The notes under the pieces: model-generated
Databases searched by the model: none
What the model was told of the DNA's origin: nothing
The model's input: only the letters and a program-made list of their open reading frames with translations
In this document: positions 26,511-38,985 of the stretch, piece by piece
How the letters are laid out: every line of letters begins with the position of its first letter
How positions within the stretch are numbered: the stretch's first letter is position 1
Translations under genes and position numbers: made by a program
Assembly: GCA_013265495.1 (NCBI GenBank)
Contig: MU058444.1
Span: 2,294,001 to 2,358,000 of the forward strand
DNA from: Vicugna vicugna
Lineage: Eukaryota
Length of the DNA: 64,000 nucleotides
Direction: 5' to 3'

Positions 26511-28339
26511 ATACGTATTTTCTCATGAACACATAACCACAATTTTTTTTACAAACTAAAAAGAGAACGCTCCACGTTTCCTCGACTACGACTTCAACAG
26601 CGAAGTCGCTGCAGCCCCTCCTGTCCCCACACTCAGAGCCAACGGGTCAGCGGTGTCCGTTTGAGGTTTCGCTCGCATCAGCTTCCATTCCAAGCATCCT
26701 AACTTTCCAGTGGCCTCCCACCCTGTCTCCCTGCTTCCTGAGTCTCACCGCCCGCTCAGTCCTCCAGCCTGCTACCAGAGTCACCTTCCTAAAGCCTGTC
26801 TCACGGGCAACATCCTGCTGATGCTCATGAGAGTTCTGGAGAATAAACCCCAGCCCTGGTGCTGGCTGTACCATCACCCGAGGCTCTTTTCGATCTGGTC
26901 CAACATCACCCTCTGTATTCACCCATGTCCATCCTCGCATAACCCCCTCCACCCCATTCCACCCCTAAAACCTACTAAAGCCTACTTGCACTTTAGCCAA
27001 ACTTCCAAAATGGATTCCGTGGTTGTGCTAACGAAGTGGAATAGCCCTTCTCCTGAGGGTTCCCTCCCTGGTACTTCCGCCCTCTCACGGGGTAAAATCT
27101 TACTCGACTCTGAGGACAGCGCTTTCCCCAACACCCACCCCAGGCAGAACTACTGGCTTCCTCTTCTGTGAGAGAAGAAAGTAAGGTGGGAAACTATAGC
27201 AAAGGAAATTGCAGTAAAAGCATACACCAAAAATAAATATATAAATTTTTAAAAAGCCTTATCACTTAAAGAAATGATACGCTATAGCAGACAGTTAGCT
27301 GGAATTCCTCTTTGGTAGTAGACAGGTGATCTCTAAGTTAACTAAGAGCTGAGAAATGGACACTGACGACTTTCTTCAAGAGCTACTGTAGAGAGAGGAG
27401 TCCCAGATAACAGAACCAACTTGAGTTTCTTTTCAATTAACATGAAATACTAAATACTGTACCAGAAACTAGCATGACGATTGTGAACCAACTATACTTC
27501 AATTAAAAAGTAAACAGAAACATTCTAAACTACAAATCTTCTCACTCAGTTCACAGGGTTATAGAGTCAGGTAATCTGAATGCATTTTATACATTCTTCT
27601 ACTCAGTTGCGGTGCTAAAACAGAAAGGAACACATGACAGCCGAGATACTCCATCTTCGTGTCACCTCCCCAGCTTCCCATGTTTCATAATCTCAGTCTC
27701 AAGAAGATGCTTTGTGGACCTGCCAGCTCCCCACAGAGCCAGACTCCTGGGCACGCATGACCCCAAGGCAGAAACACAAACACTTTTTTGCCTCCTACAG
27801 AATATCATTAAGACAACACATTGTTCTCATCACCTCTCCTTACATGTTGTTGTTAATTACCTGAAATCATCAACAGACCAGAAAAATTAGCATCTCCAAA
27901 TCGCTCAAATGGAAAGTTTTTAAAAAGCATAAAGCTTTTGCGGAAAGACTCTGACTAAATAAATTTGGAGACATCTGTACAAGGCTAAGTTAGAACAAAA
28001 ACAAAACAAAAAACTAAAGGAGCATGGGTGTGATGTTTTGTCTTCCAAGTTAAATTCACTAACAGTATCTAATAACTGGTTACATTCGATATGTGTTCCT
28101 TATGGTGTAAGGCAATGAACAAACTCTTTGGCCAATTTAAATCTAATTATTTGGCAGAAATAACTTTTCAAATCCACACTGTAACACGAAACACCCAACT
28201 ATGTCATTTGGAAAATCCCCGTCCATGGAGGGCTCAGACATTTTCTCCAGCTAAAACAAAGTCAAATACATTGTGTCATGGCTGTTACTGAGTCCAGACT
28301 TCAGCTTTCCAATATCAGAACAGACATTGCTGGTTGCAA

Positions 28340-28822
28340 ACGCAATACATATTCTTTCCTTATTCTTTACCAACAGAACTTCAGTTTTGTTCAGGGCACT
28401 AAATGAGGCCGGCTAAAATGTCTGTATTTTCCTAGTTTGCTCAGCAGATCGCAGTGGCCCCTTAACAGGTCTGGCTAGTGAAATTCAAGCGAAAAGTGCT
28501 AAGTGGGCTTCTGAAAAAGCTCTTTAAAAGGAGGCTGAACCAACTAGTCTGCATCTTTGGTCCTTTGTCCTTGCACCTCTTCTTCTTCCCATCTGGAACT
28601 GAGACGCAAAGGCTGGAACAGCAGCAGCCATGCTGAAATGACAGAAAGACCACACGATGTACTACAAGTGGCAGAGAAGAATAGGATAAGACTGGGTCCT
28701 GCTGGCAAACAGAAGTATCCAACAGCCCTGCCATCCTACCTGGGGTATCTCAGTCCCCGAGAAAAAGAAAGCATCAACATCTGTTTTCTGCTACAACAGC
28801 CAGACACAATCTTGACTAACAC
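28340..28822 (+). mobile_element. Old MaLR LTR (MLT1J/K-like)
   Basis: aacagaacttcagttttgttcaggg, ggctggaacagcagcagccat, and terminal cagccagacacaatcttgactaaca. Confidence 0.6.
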
Positions 28823-31800
28823 GCATTACCAGACTAAGCCTATTTCATTTTCTAAAAGAAAAGAAGAAGCCCAGATTAATACTGTTATAACCAGCTACCA
28901 TGTAACACTATCATGGCATAGCCCAGTTAAAGGTCACTTATTACACAACTGACTATAAAGCCACACAAGCAGATGAAATCTGAAAGCAAGTTTTTGCAGA
29001 ATCCTGAAGCCAGCTGAAAACCACCAAGGTCACACTGTGCAAAGGGGAGAAAATTTCTGGAAAACTTTATACACCAGCTTTCAAGTCAACTGGCACCAGA
29101 GTTAGTTTACACGATAAAAAGACCGGATTTTTACTATTCACATATCTACACAGGCTGTAAAACTGAACTGAAAATGCAAACTATGGCTGGAATAGCTCTC
29201 AGTTCCTTTTGACACCAGGCACAAAAGCAGAATTACATAGCCCTAATGAGAGAAGGGCCTAAAGCAATTATTCAACGTTTGCATGAAAAACAGAAAATGT
29301 TCCATTTTTTCTTAATCGAAGAGGGTTTTTTTGGTGAGATATGTGTGTATAATCATAAATAAGTAAGAAATCTGCCAGTCAATTTCCATGGAGAATAATA
29401 ACCAAACACTTTTTATAGTCATCCGGGGGTAACTGATTAATTTCAGGGTGAATGGAAAAATATTCATTCAGTTAGACCAAAATAATCTTCCTTCTTTTTT
29501 AGCGAAGTCTAAAATGTACAGAAGAAAATTTATTGAGTTCACACTAATGATCTCATTTTCACACTTAACATCAATTTTAAAAAGTACCAAAGTGTTGAGG
29601 AAATAAAATCGTCTAATGATAAGACTCAAACAGTGGACTTTCATAGATTAAAGTGAAAGCTACTTAATATTAATAATTTAATAATATATAATAATTAATT
29701 AGTTTCCTCATCCTGACAGGTGAGACAGAAGGATGTTCTATATCTTCCACGTTAAGCAACTGAAAATATTTTGTAACTCATGGTAAATACACTGGATAAT
29801 TCACTACAGATATAAAAGAAAAGCCATTGACATGGGCAATTTCTAGCATAAACAATCATAAAGAAATGTTTTATTTGTAAATAAACGTGTTTATTCACCC
29901 TGATTGTGGTATCAGCTGAAATAATGTGACTTTTTTTTTTAATCAGATGCCCTGAATAGCCTGCCTGTGAATATACTTTATAAGAGGACTGGAATATGAA
30001 TTAGAACACTGCATCCTTCTGTCGCAAATAGCTCTTTCTGTGTTATTCTCATTCAACAAACAGTTGCCTATTTTCACTTAGAAGTAAAGGACGAAAGCAC
30101 GACACAAGAATAGACCACACCATAAATAATTAGGGTTCACTGGCTCGCCAGAGTTCTTGCCTTTCTACGGAAGGCTAGGTCCAAAGCCCAAGAAAGCTCT
30201 CAACTTCTAAACCTCACGTTCATAATCGCCAACATTACAGATTATCGTAATTCCGACATTTCTGACAGACGGGTTCTGAATGTGTTCCAGCTGACTCCAC
30301 CACTTACACATTCAACAGCTGGGGCATAAGGGTAACTTGGCAACCTGATAATACTCCAGCCAAATGCAAAGTCATTCTGTAACCAAGGAACTCTGTCAGG
30401 GATAAAAATCAAAATAACCTCTCCTCAGTCCAAATAGGAATGTAAAATATTTTGAACAATGCAGGATTTCAGAAAAGGGAACCACCGTACTTTGGGAGGT
30501 TCGTGAACTGACACTCCCTATTCAAAGTCTACCATTCTTTTCTGATTACATCAGCCCCACAGCAAGTCACCAGGATAACAGGCACTGCAGTGAAGTCATC
30601 GGACTGGACACTGATGGGAAATCATAACTGGCTTCAAAACACATCGGGAAACAATGATTTTTCCAGGTCTCCAGCTTTTCAAGTAATACACTGGCCACTA
30701 CTCTTACCTTCCTGCCCAAGACCAAATGAAACATACCACAGCTAAAAAGCCAAGCACAAATCCATGACCTCAGCATTTTAAAACCGCAGAGAAAATGAAG
30801 GAAACAACCCTAACTTTTTCAGTGAAACCTGGGACTGTATGTTTGGAAAAGCGTACGTTTCAGTGCGATACTGATCATTCAGTTACAATTAAAAAGAGGT
30901 GTAGTCAAAATGGCCATGGCCTTCAGATCTTTAGTTTCCTTTTATTTCCAAAGGCAAATAACAAGCTTTTACAAAACGTCCGCTTCCTCAAGACCAGTCA
31001 AATCAGCACTTCAGTTATCTCTGTTTGCAAAGTCACCTGAAATCACCCACCTGTCACTGAGCTAAAACTTCACGGGACAAAAATCCATACAGCTAGGATT
31101 GTTTTCAAAAGTAAAACACGTATATACTTTAGAACTCTCAGGACTTTCTTCTTTCTGACCTTAAAGAGCACAGTACACGTCTTCCCTAAAGCTTATTAGT
31201 ATATTAGTATATTGCAATGTTGCTCATTTTTAAAGTTCTGGGACAACTGATTGAGAACTTTATTTTAAAATCGACAGACAGATGTGAATATGAGTGCACT
31301 GCACGTGAACACACACACAGATGCTACAAATGTGCGTTCGCCTAAAATATCATAGCACTTGTTCAGTGGCGATATTACACACCAGAGTCTTAGCACAAAG
31401 GAATTCTGATTGTGCTGTTTACAGAATTGTACATGGATTAAAAGAATATCAATAATAAAGCATGTTCTGGAAGAAGATGAACTATATTTGTGGGCAGATG
31501 TTGTACTTCTGGAGGATCTGGAATTTAATTATTCAGTACAGAATTCTGTGTTTCTACTTTCTACTAGCAGAAAACATGCATTTTTAACCATATAATCTCC
31601 ATTCAATTTACAGAAATTGAGTTTCTTAAAACCATAGCAAATATTCAAAAGATGCAAAATCACTGGAATCCAACCTATGAAATAAGTCACTATTCACCAT
31701 GAACATATTAAGGCCCCTGGGTGTGGACCCTTCCCAAGCCACAGTAAGGAGACCGTCTGCACACACTGAAAAATAATTTCCAGAGACAAAAAGACTTCAA

Positions 31801-32479
31801 GATGAGAAGGTGCACTTTGTCTAAGGTTTTATTTAACTATGAAGTCAAAATAAACATAATACTAAGATATCAATATTTATCAGGTTGGCACAGAATTTCC
31901 CCAACATAAAGGATAGGTGGAAAAATATCTCAAAACATCCTCCTTCACGTTGAAATTTCCAAGAGACTCACTGACTAAAGTCTTTCATCCATCACACCAT
32001 CAAATAATATTTATGATGTATAAGAATAGATATACAGTCACAAGTCATAAAGTTTTTTCAAATAATGCCATTTTAAGAAAAATGATTCGATGATGCTCTC
32101 AGTGGTGAAACAGTCATTTATTTAAGACCCCAAGAACCCTTCTGAGAGGGTTAACCAATACTCCATACCAAGCAAGGGCAGCAATGCCTTAGTAATCCCA
32201 CGGAGAATTAACCGTACCCACCCTCCCAGGAAGAATTATGATTATGCGTAGCGCTTAAAAGCTTTTGCAAGGGAGAGAAAATGCAACGTGCTTCTTGGAA
32301 ATCGAACCCCTCCCCCGCGCTGTATTGCCCATCCTAGGGCGTCTCCGGACCAACGCCCACCCTACCACCCTCCCTGCCTTGGTGCACTGAATCTCATCCA
32401 AAAAAGACCTGGTCCATTCTCAAGACTGGCCCAGACACCTGTTTACTTGTGCCCAAGCAGTGGTGGCTCAGGTTAAGCA

Positions 32480-33770
32480 GAGGCAACGGTCACCCGCTCG
32501 CAGGTGCCAAGCCACACCGCCCGAGCACGGGGGCGCACATACCTTTGTACCTTTCCAGGACATCCTCGTAGGCCTGGAGGTACTCCTGCTCCTCCACGTA
32601 CAGGTAAGCGGCTGGGGAGAGGTACCCCGCCATGCCCAAGTTTATCTAAGCGATGACTGGCCGATTCCCCTCTCCCACTCGTAACCCTGGACAGTATTGC
32701 AGTCAGCAAGACGCAGCCTTGGGAATGGAAAAGCGGAAGGCAGATAGGCTGATGGGGCGCGGAGCCAGGGACGCAGAGCCGGGGTCGCGGGGGGCCGCGC
32801 ACGCCGGAACCGGCCACGGAGACGCCCAGGCCCCCTGGCTGGCCGCGGGTGCCGGGCCGCCCGGCCGCTGGGAGCCACCGTCCCTCTCGGGTTTCAGCAG
32901 CGGCCAATCTCGGCGAGCCCAGGGGCGGCGACCAGCAGCGCCACGCCGTGCGGAGGAGCCTGGAGGCCGGCGGGGGCGGGCGGGGGACAGCGGGAGCCGG
33001 GATCCTCGGAGGCCAAAGCGGCCGCCAGCCTGGCCCTGCGCTGGGAGCCTGCTCGGGGCCGGGAGGACGCGCGCTCTGCCTCCGCCCGGGATGCTGCGCG
33101 GCGCATCTGCGGCATTTCCTGGCCGCCGCGCCGCAGACACTCGCCCGCGCCCCGAAGGGAGGGAGGGAGGGAGGAGAGTGGGCGGAAGGGAGGGGGCGAA
33201 GCGGCGGTCAGCGCCCCGGCTGGCTCGGCTCCGACCCGCGTCGCCCGGCCCCTCCCGCAGGCAGCACCGCGGCGCCGGGCCCCCTCCCCGGCCCGCCCAC
33301 CGGGTCCACCGCGCGGCCAAGCCCGCCCACCCCGGACACTGGCCGGCCGGCCCGGATCCCAGGGACGAGGTTTCTATTTGGGACCCACAACAGGTGTCTG
33401 GGAAACAAAGCCGCGGGTCGCCGCCACTGGCGTGCGCAGCCCCCGCTGGGGCTCCACGGAGGAGAGGGAGAAACACTCTTCAACCCAGCCAGTGGCACGG
33501 AAGGACCAGGTCACTGCGGCAGCGCGGAGCGAGGAGGGCCGGGGGTCCGCGCCCTGGGCGCATCTAGGGGCGGGCGGGCAGTGGGGCGGGGGGGCCTCTG
33601 CAGGTGGCCCCGCACGGCAGGCCTGACAGCCTGGGGGCGCCTGCGCCTGCGCGCCCCGCAGCCCCGAGACCCGGGGACCAGACGCGGTCCCTCCCTTCCG
33701 CCCCCCAGAGCCGGGCGGCGCATCTGCCGCGCGCTCCGGGAAGGCAGCCACAGCCCGGGTCGATTCCCAA
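32480..33770. promoter_or_regulatory. CpG island / promoter of DST isoform 1
   Basis: Very GC- and CpG-rich 1.3 kb over and upstream of the first coding exon. CCAAT at 32904-32908, GC boxes near 32972 and 33567-33594, tandem NRF1-like GCGCCTGCGC at about 33637-33652. Confidence 0.9.
32543..32633 (-). CDS. DST: DST isoform-1 (BPAG1a1/b1-type) first coding exon
   Basis: Strong Kozak GGC-ATG-G; 91 nt encoding [30 protein letters not shown] plus one G, then donor |GTATGT (phase 1). Not in the supplied ORF list in this frame. Confidence 0.96.
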
Positions 33771-34744
33771 CACCAGGGCTTACTCTGTCACCTCCCCCTT
33801 TATCCCTACCATTACTCACTCCACACTGCCCTGGTATCCACTGAATGTGAGTAAAATGGGTACAGTTCCCTTCACTTTGGCACATCACATACTGAAGTGG
33901 TGAGTTTAAGGGTCCCCTGGAGAAACAGACTGGTACTCAGACAAGTTAGCTGTTTATTATTAGAAGAACCATTGTTGGCCTCTGACTTCTGACAACTTCA
34001 CCTCCGCCCACAGCTTCCTCTCTACTTCTTCCCTTCATAAGTCCTGAACTTTTGTCCTTGGTGATTCTTTTTTCTTTGTCAATGTTGTGAATCAACCACC
34101 TTTCATTAACTCTTCGATGGGAATGAGTCCTCTTGAAAATAAAAACTGTATACATGTGAATAAAACTGAAGTTAGAATCAAGAGCTTTACTTCTCTTCAG
34201 CAATTGGCCCATTTTGGTTACTCCAGAGGAAGCAAGACCACACCTCTCTTTTCTGTCCTGGCCACTGGTTCATGATCTGAGTCTGACCCCACGTCCCATG
34301 CAGCCTTTAGGATCACTGGAGTTTTCATGCAACTTGGCACACATTTCTGTACGCATTAGTTCACGAAGCAACAAACACGCTTCATCCGGGACACTTTCTT
34401 GAAATTAAAGGGTTAGCTAATCAGGCCCCTAAGGGTCACTCCATATACAGCCCACACGTGTATAAGCACGGATCTCAAAACTGTCTCCCTCACAATGAGT
34501 ACGGTCACTGAGGGCCAGTCTGAGCCTTCATCAGAAACTGACACCCAGTAGCGCCCAGTTTTATGAGTATAATCACAGCACACTTCAGTGATGTTAACTG
34601 TCCATTTAAGGAACCAGTCAAAATGAACAGAAGCAGCACATGGGGCTGTCAGTGCAAACAGCCTTTACTCCATGCGTTTTGGAGTGATGATACTGGATCA
34701 GTCTGCTAATAATAACAGTGCATTTTCAGGGAAGCAGCGAAGGC

Positions 34745-35135
34745 AGGGCACTTAAGAGGTTGGCCTCTGGAGCCAAGACTGCCTGAATTCGCATCCTAGC
34801 TCTGCCACTTCCTACGACCTTCGGGAGAGTCCTCCCTCTCAGCAGACCCCGGGGCTGAAAAATGGAGAAGATAACAGTACCTACTTCCTGGGGTTGTTGG
34901 GAGCCTAAACAAGGTAACATATTAGGTGCTTCTGAGAACATTTGCCATCACAGTCAACTCTCAGCAACAGAGCATCTTTCATGAGCCAAAGAATCTGCAA
35001 AATATTTTGCATGAACTACTTTGTTTAATCACCACAACCACGACCCTTTGATAGAGGAGATGAAGCTGAGAAGTGTTCAGTAAGTTGTCCAAGAAAACAA
35101 AACAATTAAAGTCCAAAATCTGACTCAGGCTAAGA
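34745..35135. mobile_element. Two adjacent MIR relics in opposite orientation
   Basis: gcctctggagccaagactgcctgaatt...tgaaaaatggagaagataacagtacctac (+), then tttaatcaccacaacc...taagttgtccaag (-). Confidence 0.6.
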
Positions 35136-35489
35136 CCCCTCAATTCTAATTTCAAAGGATTCACATGGGACAAAGACCCAAGTTTTAAAACAGCACTGTC
35201 GCGATCAAACCATGTACCTTTACAGGCACTTCCAGACTGAAAAACCCAACTCACAATATCCTGTAGATAAAAATAGCAGATCTGTTATATTGTTATGTTA
35301 AAGGCATTTATACAATGGGTACCACAAAGCCCTATCCTTACATTTTATCACATCATTCTCACCTTGACCCCGAGAGGCCGGGAGGGCATTTATGAGAGAC
35401 TCTAATTTTTAAATAAAGACACGAAAATAAATGCAAAAGCACTTTTAAAACTATAAAGTATCCAATGTGTGAACCCATCATCAGTAAGA

Positions 35490-35995
35490 CTTTCTGAAAT
35501 GTAAATCTGATGATGTCACTGCACTGCTTAAAAACTGTTCGGTGATTTCCCACCACTGACAGCATAAAGCGTCCAGTCTCCTCAGAATGGCCCGAAAGCA
35601 TCCTCGCCATTCCCGCTATCTCTTACATGTCCCCCACTGATGACTTGCAGTTTCCATCTGAGCCCATCTTCCTACTGTGTCCTGGAGCGCCATCCCTCTG
35701 AAGTGACCCTCCCTTTCACCCTAACTTCATCAACCGCACCTCAAGTGACGGTCCCCTCAGAGCCTTTCTGGAGCCTCCCTCGCCTCCCCACTCCAGCAAG
35801 TTAATCAGACCCTCCTCTGAGTTCTTTTAATACAGGTCCTCACAGCCATCACATCACAAATGATCTCTTTGTAACTGGCTCCCAGCACATCCCTTGTCAG
35901 GTTAGACTAGGACTTATTTAAAGGCAGAATTCTGTGCTTGTCTTCATTTTATTCCAGGGGCTCAATAAATATGTATTAAAAGTGAGTGACTGACG
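35490..35995 (+). mobile_element. L2 3' fragment
   Basis: aaatctgatgatgtcactgcactgcttaaaa...gggctcaataaatatgtatt...tgagtgactga. Confidence 0.6.
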
Positions 35996-36838
35996 GAATC
36001 CCACAGACCACATGGTCTTTCTGACTCTAGACACTTGCACCTTCAATTCTATTTTTACAACCTCAGCGACAAATAAGAATCTCAAACTTTCAATTGCTTT
36101 CTTACTAAGTAACAAACACTATGGACATCCTCACATCATTTTGGACCCTCACCCCGTCTCTTACTAGGGATGAACTTCACAGGCGGGCTGAGTTTCAGGC
36201 AAAGTGTGAACATGTCTAATAAAATTAGAAGTTGAAGTCTTCATGGTATGTTTTCCAACTTTCCACAGCATGAAATTCCCTCAGATGCCCTGTTCCCTCA
36301 CGCTGGGTGACCTGTGGCAAATTTAACACCTAACATATCTGAATTTCATATTTTAGCCATATTATGATTAAACAGATATTTGTAGCCTGGCCCCTGAGTG
36401 TACATTCCATGTGTAATTACTGTGTATGGTTTATGCGGCCAATTTGCCAATATTTATTTTAAACAAGGTGAGTAGTACCCTTCCGTACCAGGGCTGCTCG
36501 TTCTGTTTGTGGGGTTTTGTTCAGTTCTATTTTTTGAAGAATAAATATGATCTCCAAACTACGAAACTCTTGAGGTCACAAGTGCACCGCTGATTTCATG
36601 GCAAACGTTTTACAATAAGGAAGATGTGGCCCCTGCCCTCACGTAGCCTACAGTCAGCCAACACCAGCCCGTTTGTCCACTGCACCCCATCAGAACCCCC
36701 CGTTCCTGCACTCCCTCTCCACCGACAGGGGATTCTGACCCTAGTGCCAGCAGCTTCTCATGAGTCTGTCTAGTAGTTTATATGATCTCATTCCCCCAAC
36801 AAACACCTCCCCTTCCTTCTCTCAGAGCCCTTCCTTCA

Positions 36839-36996
36839 GGGGGAGGGTATGGCTCAGTGGTAGAGCGCATGCCTAGCATGCATGAGGTCCTGGGTTCAAT
36901 CCCCAGTCCCTCCATTCAAATAAACAAATAAATAAATGAACCTAATTACCTGCCCCCCCAAACAATAATTTTAAAAACTAAAAAAAAGTTTTAAAA
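36839..36996 (+). mobile_element. tRNA-Ala-derived SINE (Vic-1-like)
   Basis: 15-bp TSD agagcccttccttca / agagcccctccttca. Confidence 0.92.
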
Positions 36997-38615
36997 AGAG
37001 CCCCTCCTTCACTACCAGAAGCAAAAGCAAAGTCTCCATCCCTCCCACCTCCATCTAAACACTCAGGCCAGGAGAACCTTCTTCTTTCCATTAAAAATGC
37101 CAGGAACAGGCATCCTGTCTTGATGGCCCAGGCTTTTTACGAAGCCCAACAACTTCCCATCACCCTGCTTTCACCATCTTCCCTTTCCGCTGAGGCAGAT
37201 ACCTGGTACCTGCACTGTTTCCTCCTCTCCCCTGCAAGGGTATCCTGACAGGGCCAGGAGTAAGGCCTGAGTGACTAAACATTTTCTGGTACTCACCCAG
37301 CTCTCGCCTCTCTCCCAGGCCACCCCCTCACTCTCACTTGGCTCCCAGACTGTCTCCATCCCCCCCATCTGGTGCCACCCACCTCTTCAAAGGCCTGGGG
37401 TGAGACCAGCCAGCATCTCACAACAGAAGCCAGAAGAAACTCAAGGCTGTTGCCCCAGAAACCCAGACTAGAGACTGGCTGGCTGGGCGCTGTTTGTTTT
37501 TCCCGGAATCAGAAAATCCCACGGTGGGGACGCTAGGGGGACTCTCAGCCGCCATGGTGGCTGGGATCTGAGCTAGTCCCCTCCAGCCCCTCAGAAGGAA
37601 GACAGGTACCAAGTGTGCATCATGGTGGGAGCAGAAACTGGGTGGGAAGGGCCCCAGAGTCGAGACTGGAAGAGGGCGGTGGGCAGGGAGTGTGTGGGGG
37701 GCCAGATCTGCTGCAAAAACCAACTCTGATAAATACCAGGCCTTTGGCCTTTGGCCTTTGCAAGAGAGCTCCAAAAAACACACCCCAACCTATCCATTAC
37801 CATGCCTGGGGGAAAACAATCATTGAGGGAGGGAGAGCCACCCCAGAACGCTAGTCGCACGCGCAGATCACAGACACACAAAGCACCCAGGCACCGCAGG
37901 CTGGAGGATTGATTTCCACAGGGGCTCAGCTTTCAGCTGGGTAGAACAAGCCATCACTTCTGGGACTTACAGCCAGTGCAAGGGAACACCGGGTAACAAC
38001 AGAAACACTGGCGCCTTCCATACATTAATTAATCAGGAACGCAGGATGGCTAAACTCTCAAAAGCACCAGAACAGAAGCTGCTACGAACAGGATGCTGAC
38101 AGAGATATTACATTAAAAAAAAAAAAAAACACACCTAGAAACAGCATCTAGGTTGCTAAAACACCCTCTGCAGTCCTGGGTACCAGAACCTGGGGATCTA
38201 CCCCTACTCTGAATCTGGTCACTCAGTGTTCCTGGGCAAGCGTGGAAACGAAGCTTCCAGCAAACACACTGGGAATCACTGAGTGAATACTTTCAGATTG
38301 TCACGATGGCTACTGCACATATAGAGGAAACTTTAATGCAGATGCCTGTCAATATCCCCTTACATTTCCAACGTATCGATTCATCCAACCAGAAGACAGG
38401 GCCAAACAGCTTAGTCACCAGCAGGCAGCGCAAATCGCTCTTTCGATAAATCGGGACATAGAGTAAACATGGTCCTCCTCCCCTCCACCCACCTTGAGCA
38501 CAGATCTCTGCCCGGCGCCTCAGCTCTCAGCCAGATACGGCCCCCCTCCCCGGCCCCCCTCCCCCGATCTCCCCCTCCCCCGCGCTCCCTCCCCTCCCCA
38601 CCCCAAGGCTCTTAC

Positions 38616-38823
38616 CTGCTATCCTGAGCACTGCCCTCTCCGCGGGGTCCAGCACCGAGCCCCCGTGGATCTTTCTCTTCGATCTCTCATGTTTAGGCAA
38701 ATTCCAGGGTAAGGTGTCTCCGGGAGCTGGAGATGCAGAGCCGGATTTCTGACTGAAATCATCCTCGTCGGAAAAATCCGCAGAGGAAGACATGGAACAG
38801 CGATAGGACGCGTTGCCGGAACT
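38616..38823 (-). CDS. DST: DST internal coding exon (isoform-2-type N-terminus, just before the actin-binding domain)
   Basis: Acceptor ttctgctttccgtgtcgtcctctgtag| followed by 208 nt encoding SSGNASYRCSMSSSADFSDEDDFSQKSGSASPAPGDTLPWNLPKHERSKRKIHGGSVLDPAERAVLRIA plus one G, then donor |GTAAGA. Phase 0 in, phase 1 out. Confidence 0.96.
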
Positions 38824-38982
38824 CTACAGAGGACGACACGGAAAGCAGAATCAGCAGCCAGACACTCGCGTCCGCCCGTGCGTTTCAGCAGCCCCGTCCC
38901 GGCCCCCACGCCGAGCCCGGCGTCCCGCAGCATCCCCTGCGCGGAGGGGGTCCCCACCCCGGGGCGGACGCCCAGGGCTCAC

Positions 38983-38985
38983 CAT
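38983..38985 (-). CDS. DST: ATG-only coding end of an alternative DST first exon (gives MSSGNASYRCS... isoform)
   Basis: Minus strand reads GGCGGAGGGGAG-ATG|GTGAGC: G at -3, strong donor, 159-nt intron (38982-38824), phase-0 join to AGT TCC GGC. Agrees with my recollection of a human DST isoform starting MSSGNASY. Confidence 0.75.

Noticed and set aside
32653..33903. Long overlapping ORFs (304, 331 and 257 aa)
   Set aside because: Low-complexity R/P/G/A translations expected from stop-poor CpG-island DNA. The real coding exon is 32543-32633.
38527..38615. ORF extension GKSLGVGRGG... after AVLRIA
   Set aside because: Read-through past a consensus G|GTAAG donor into the G-rich intron.
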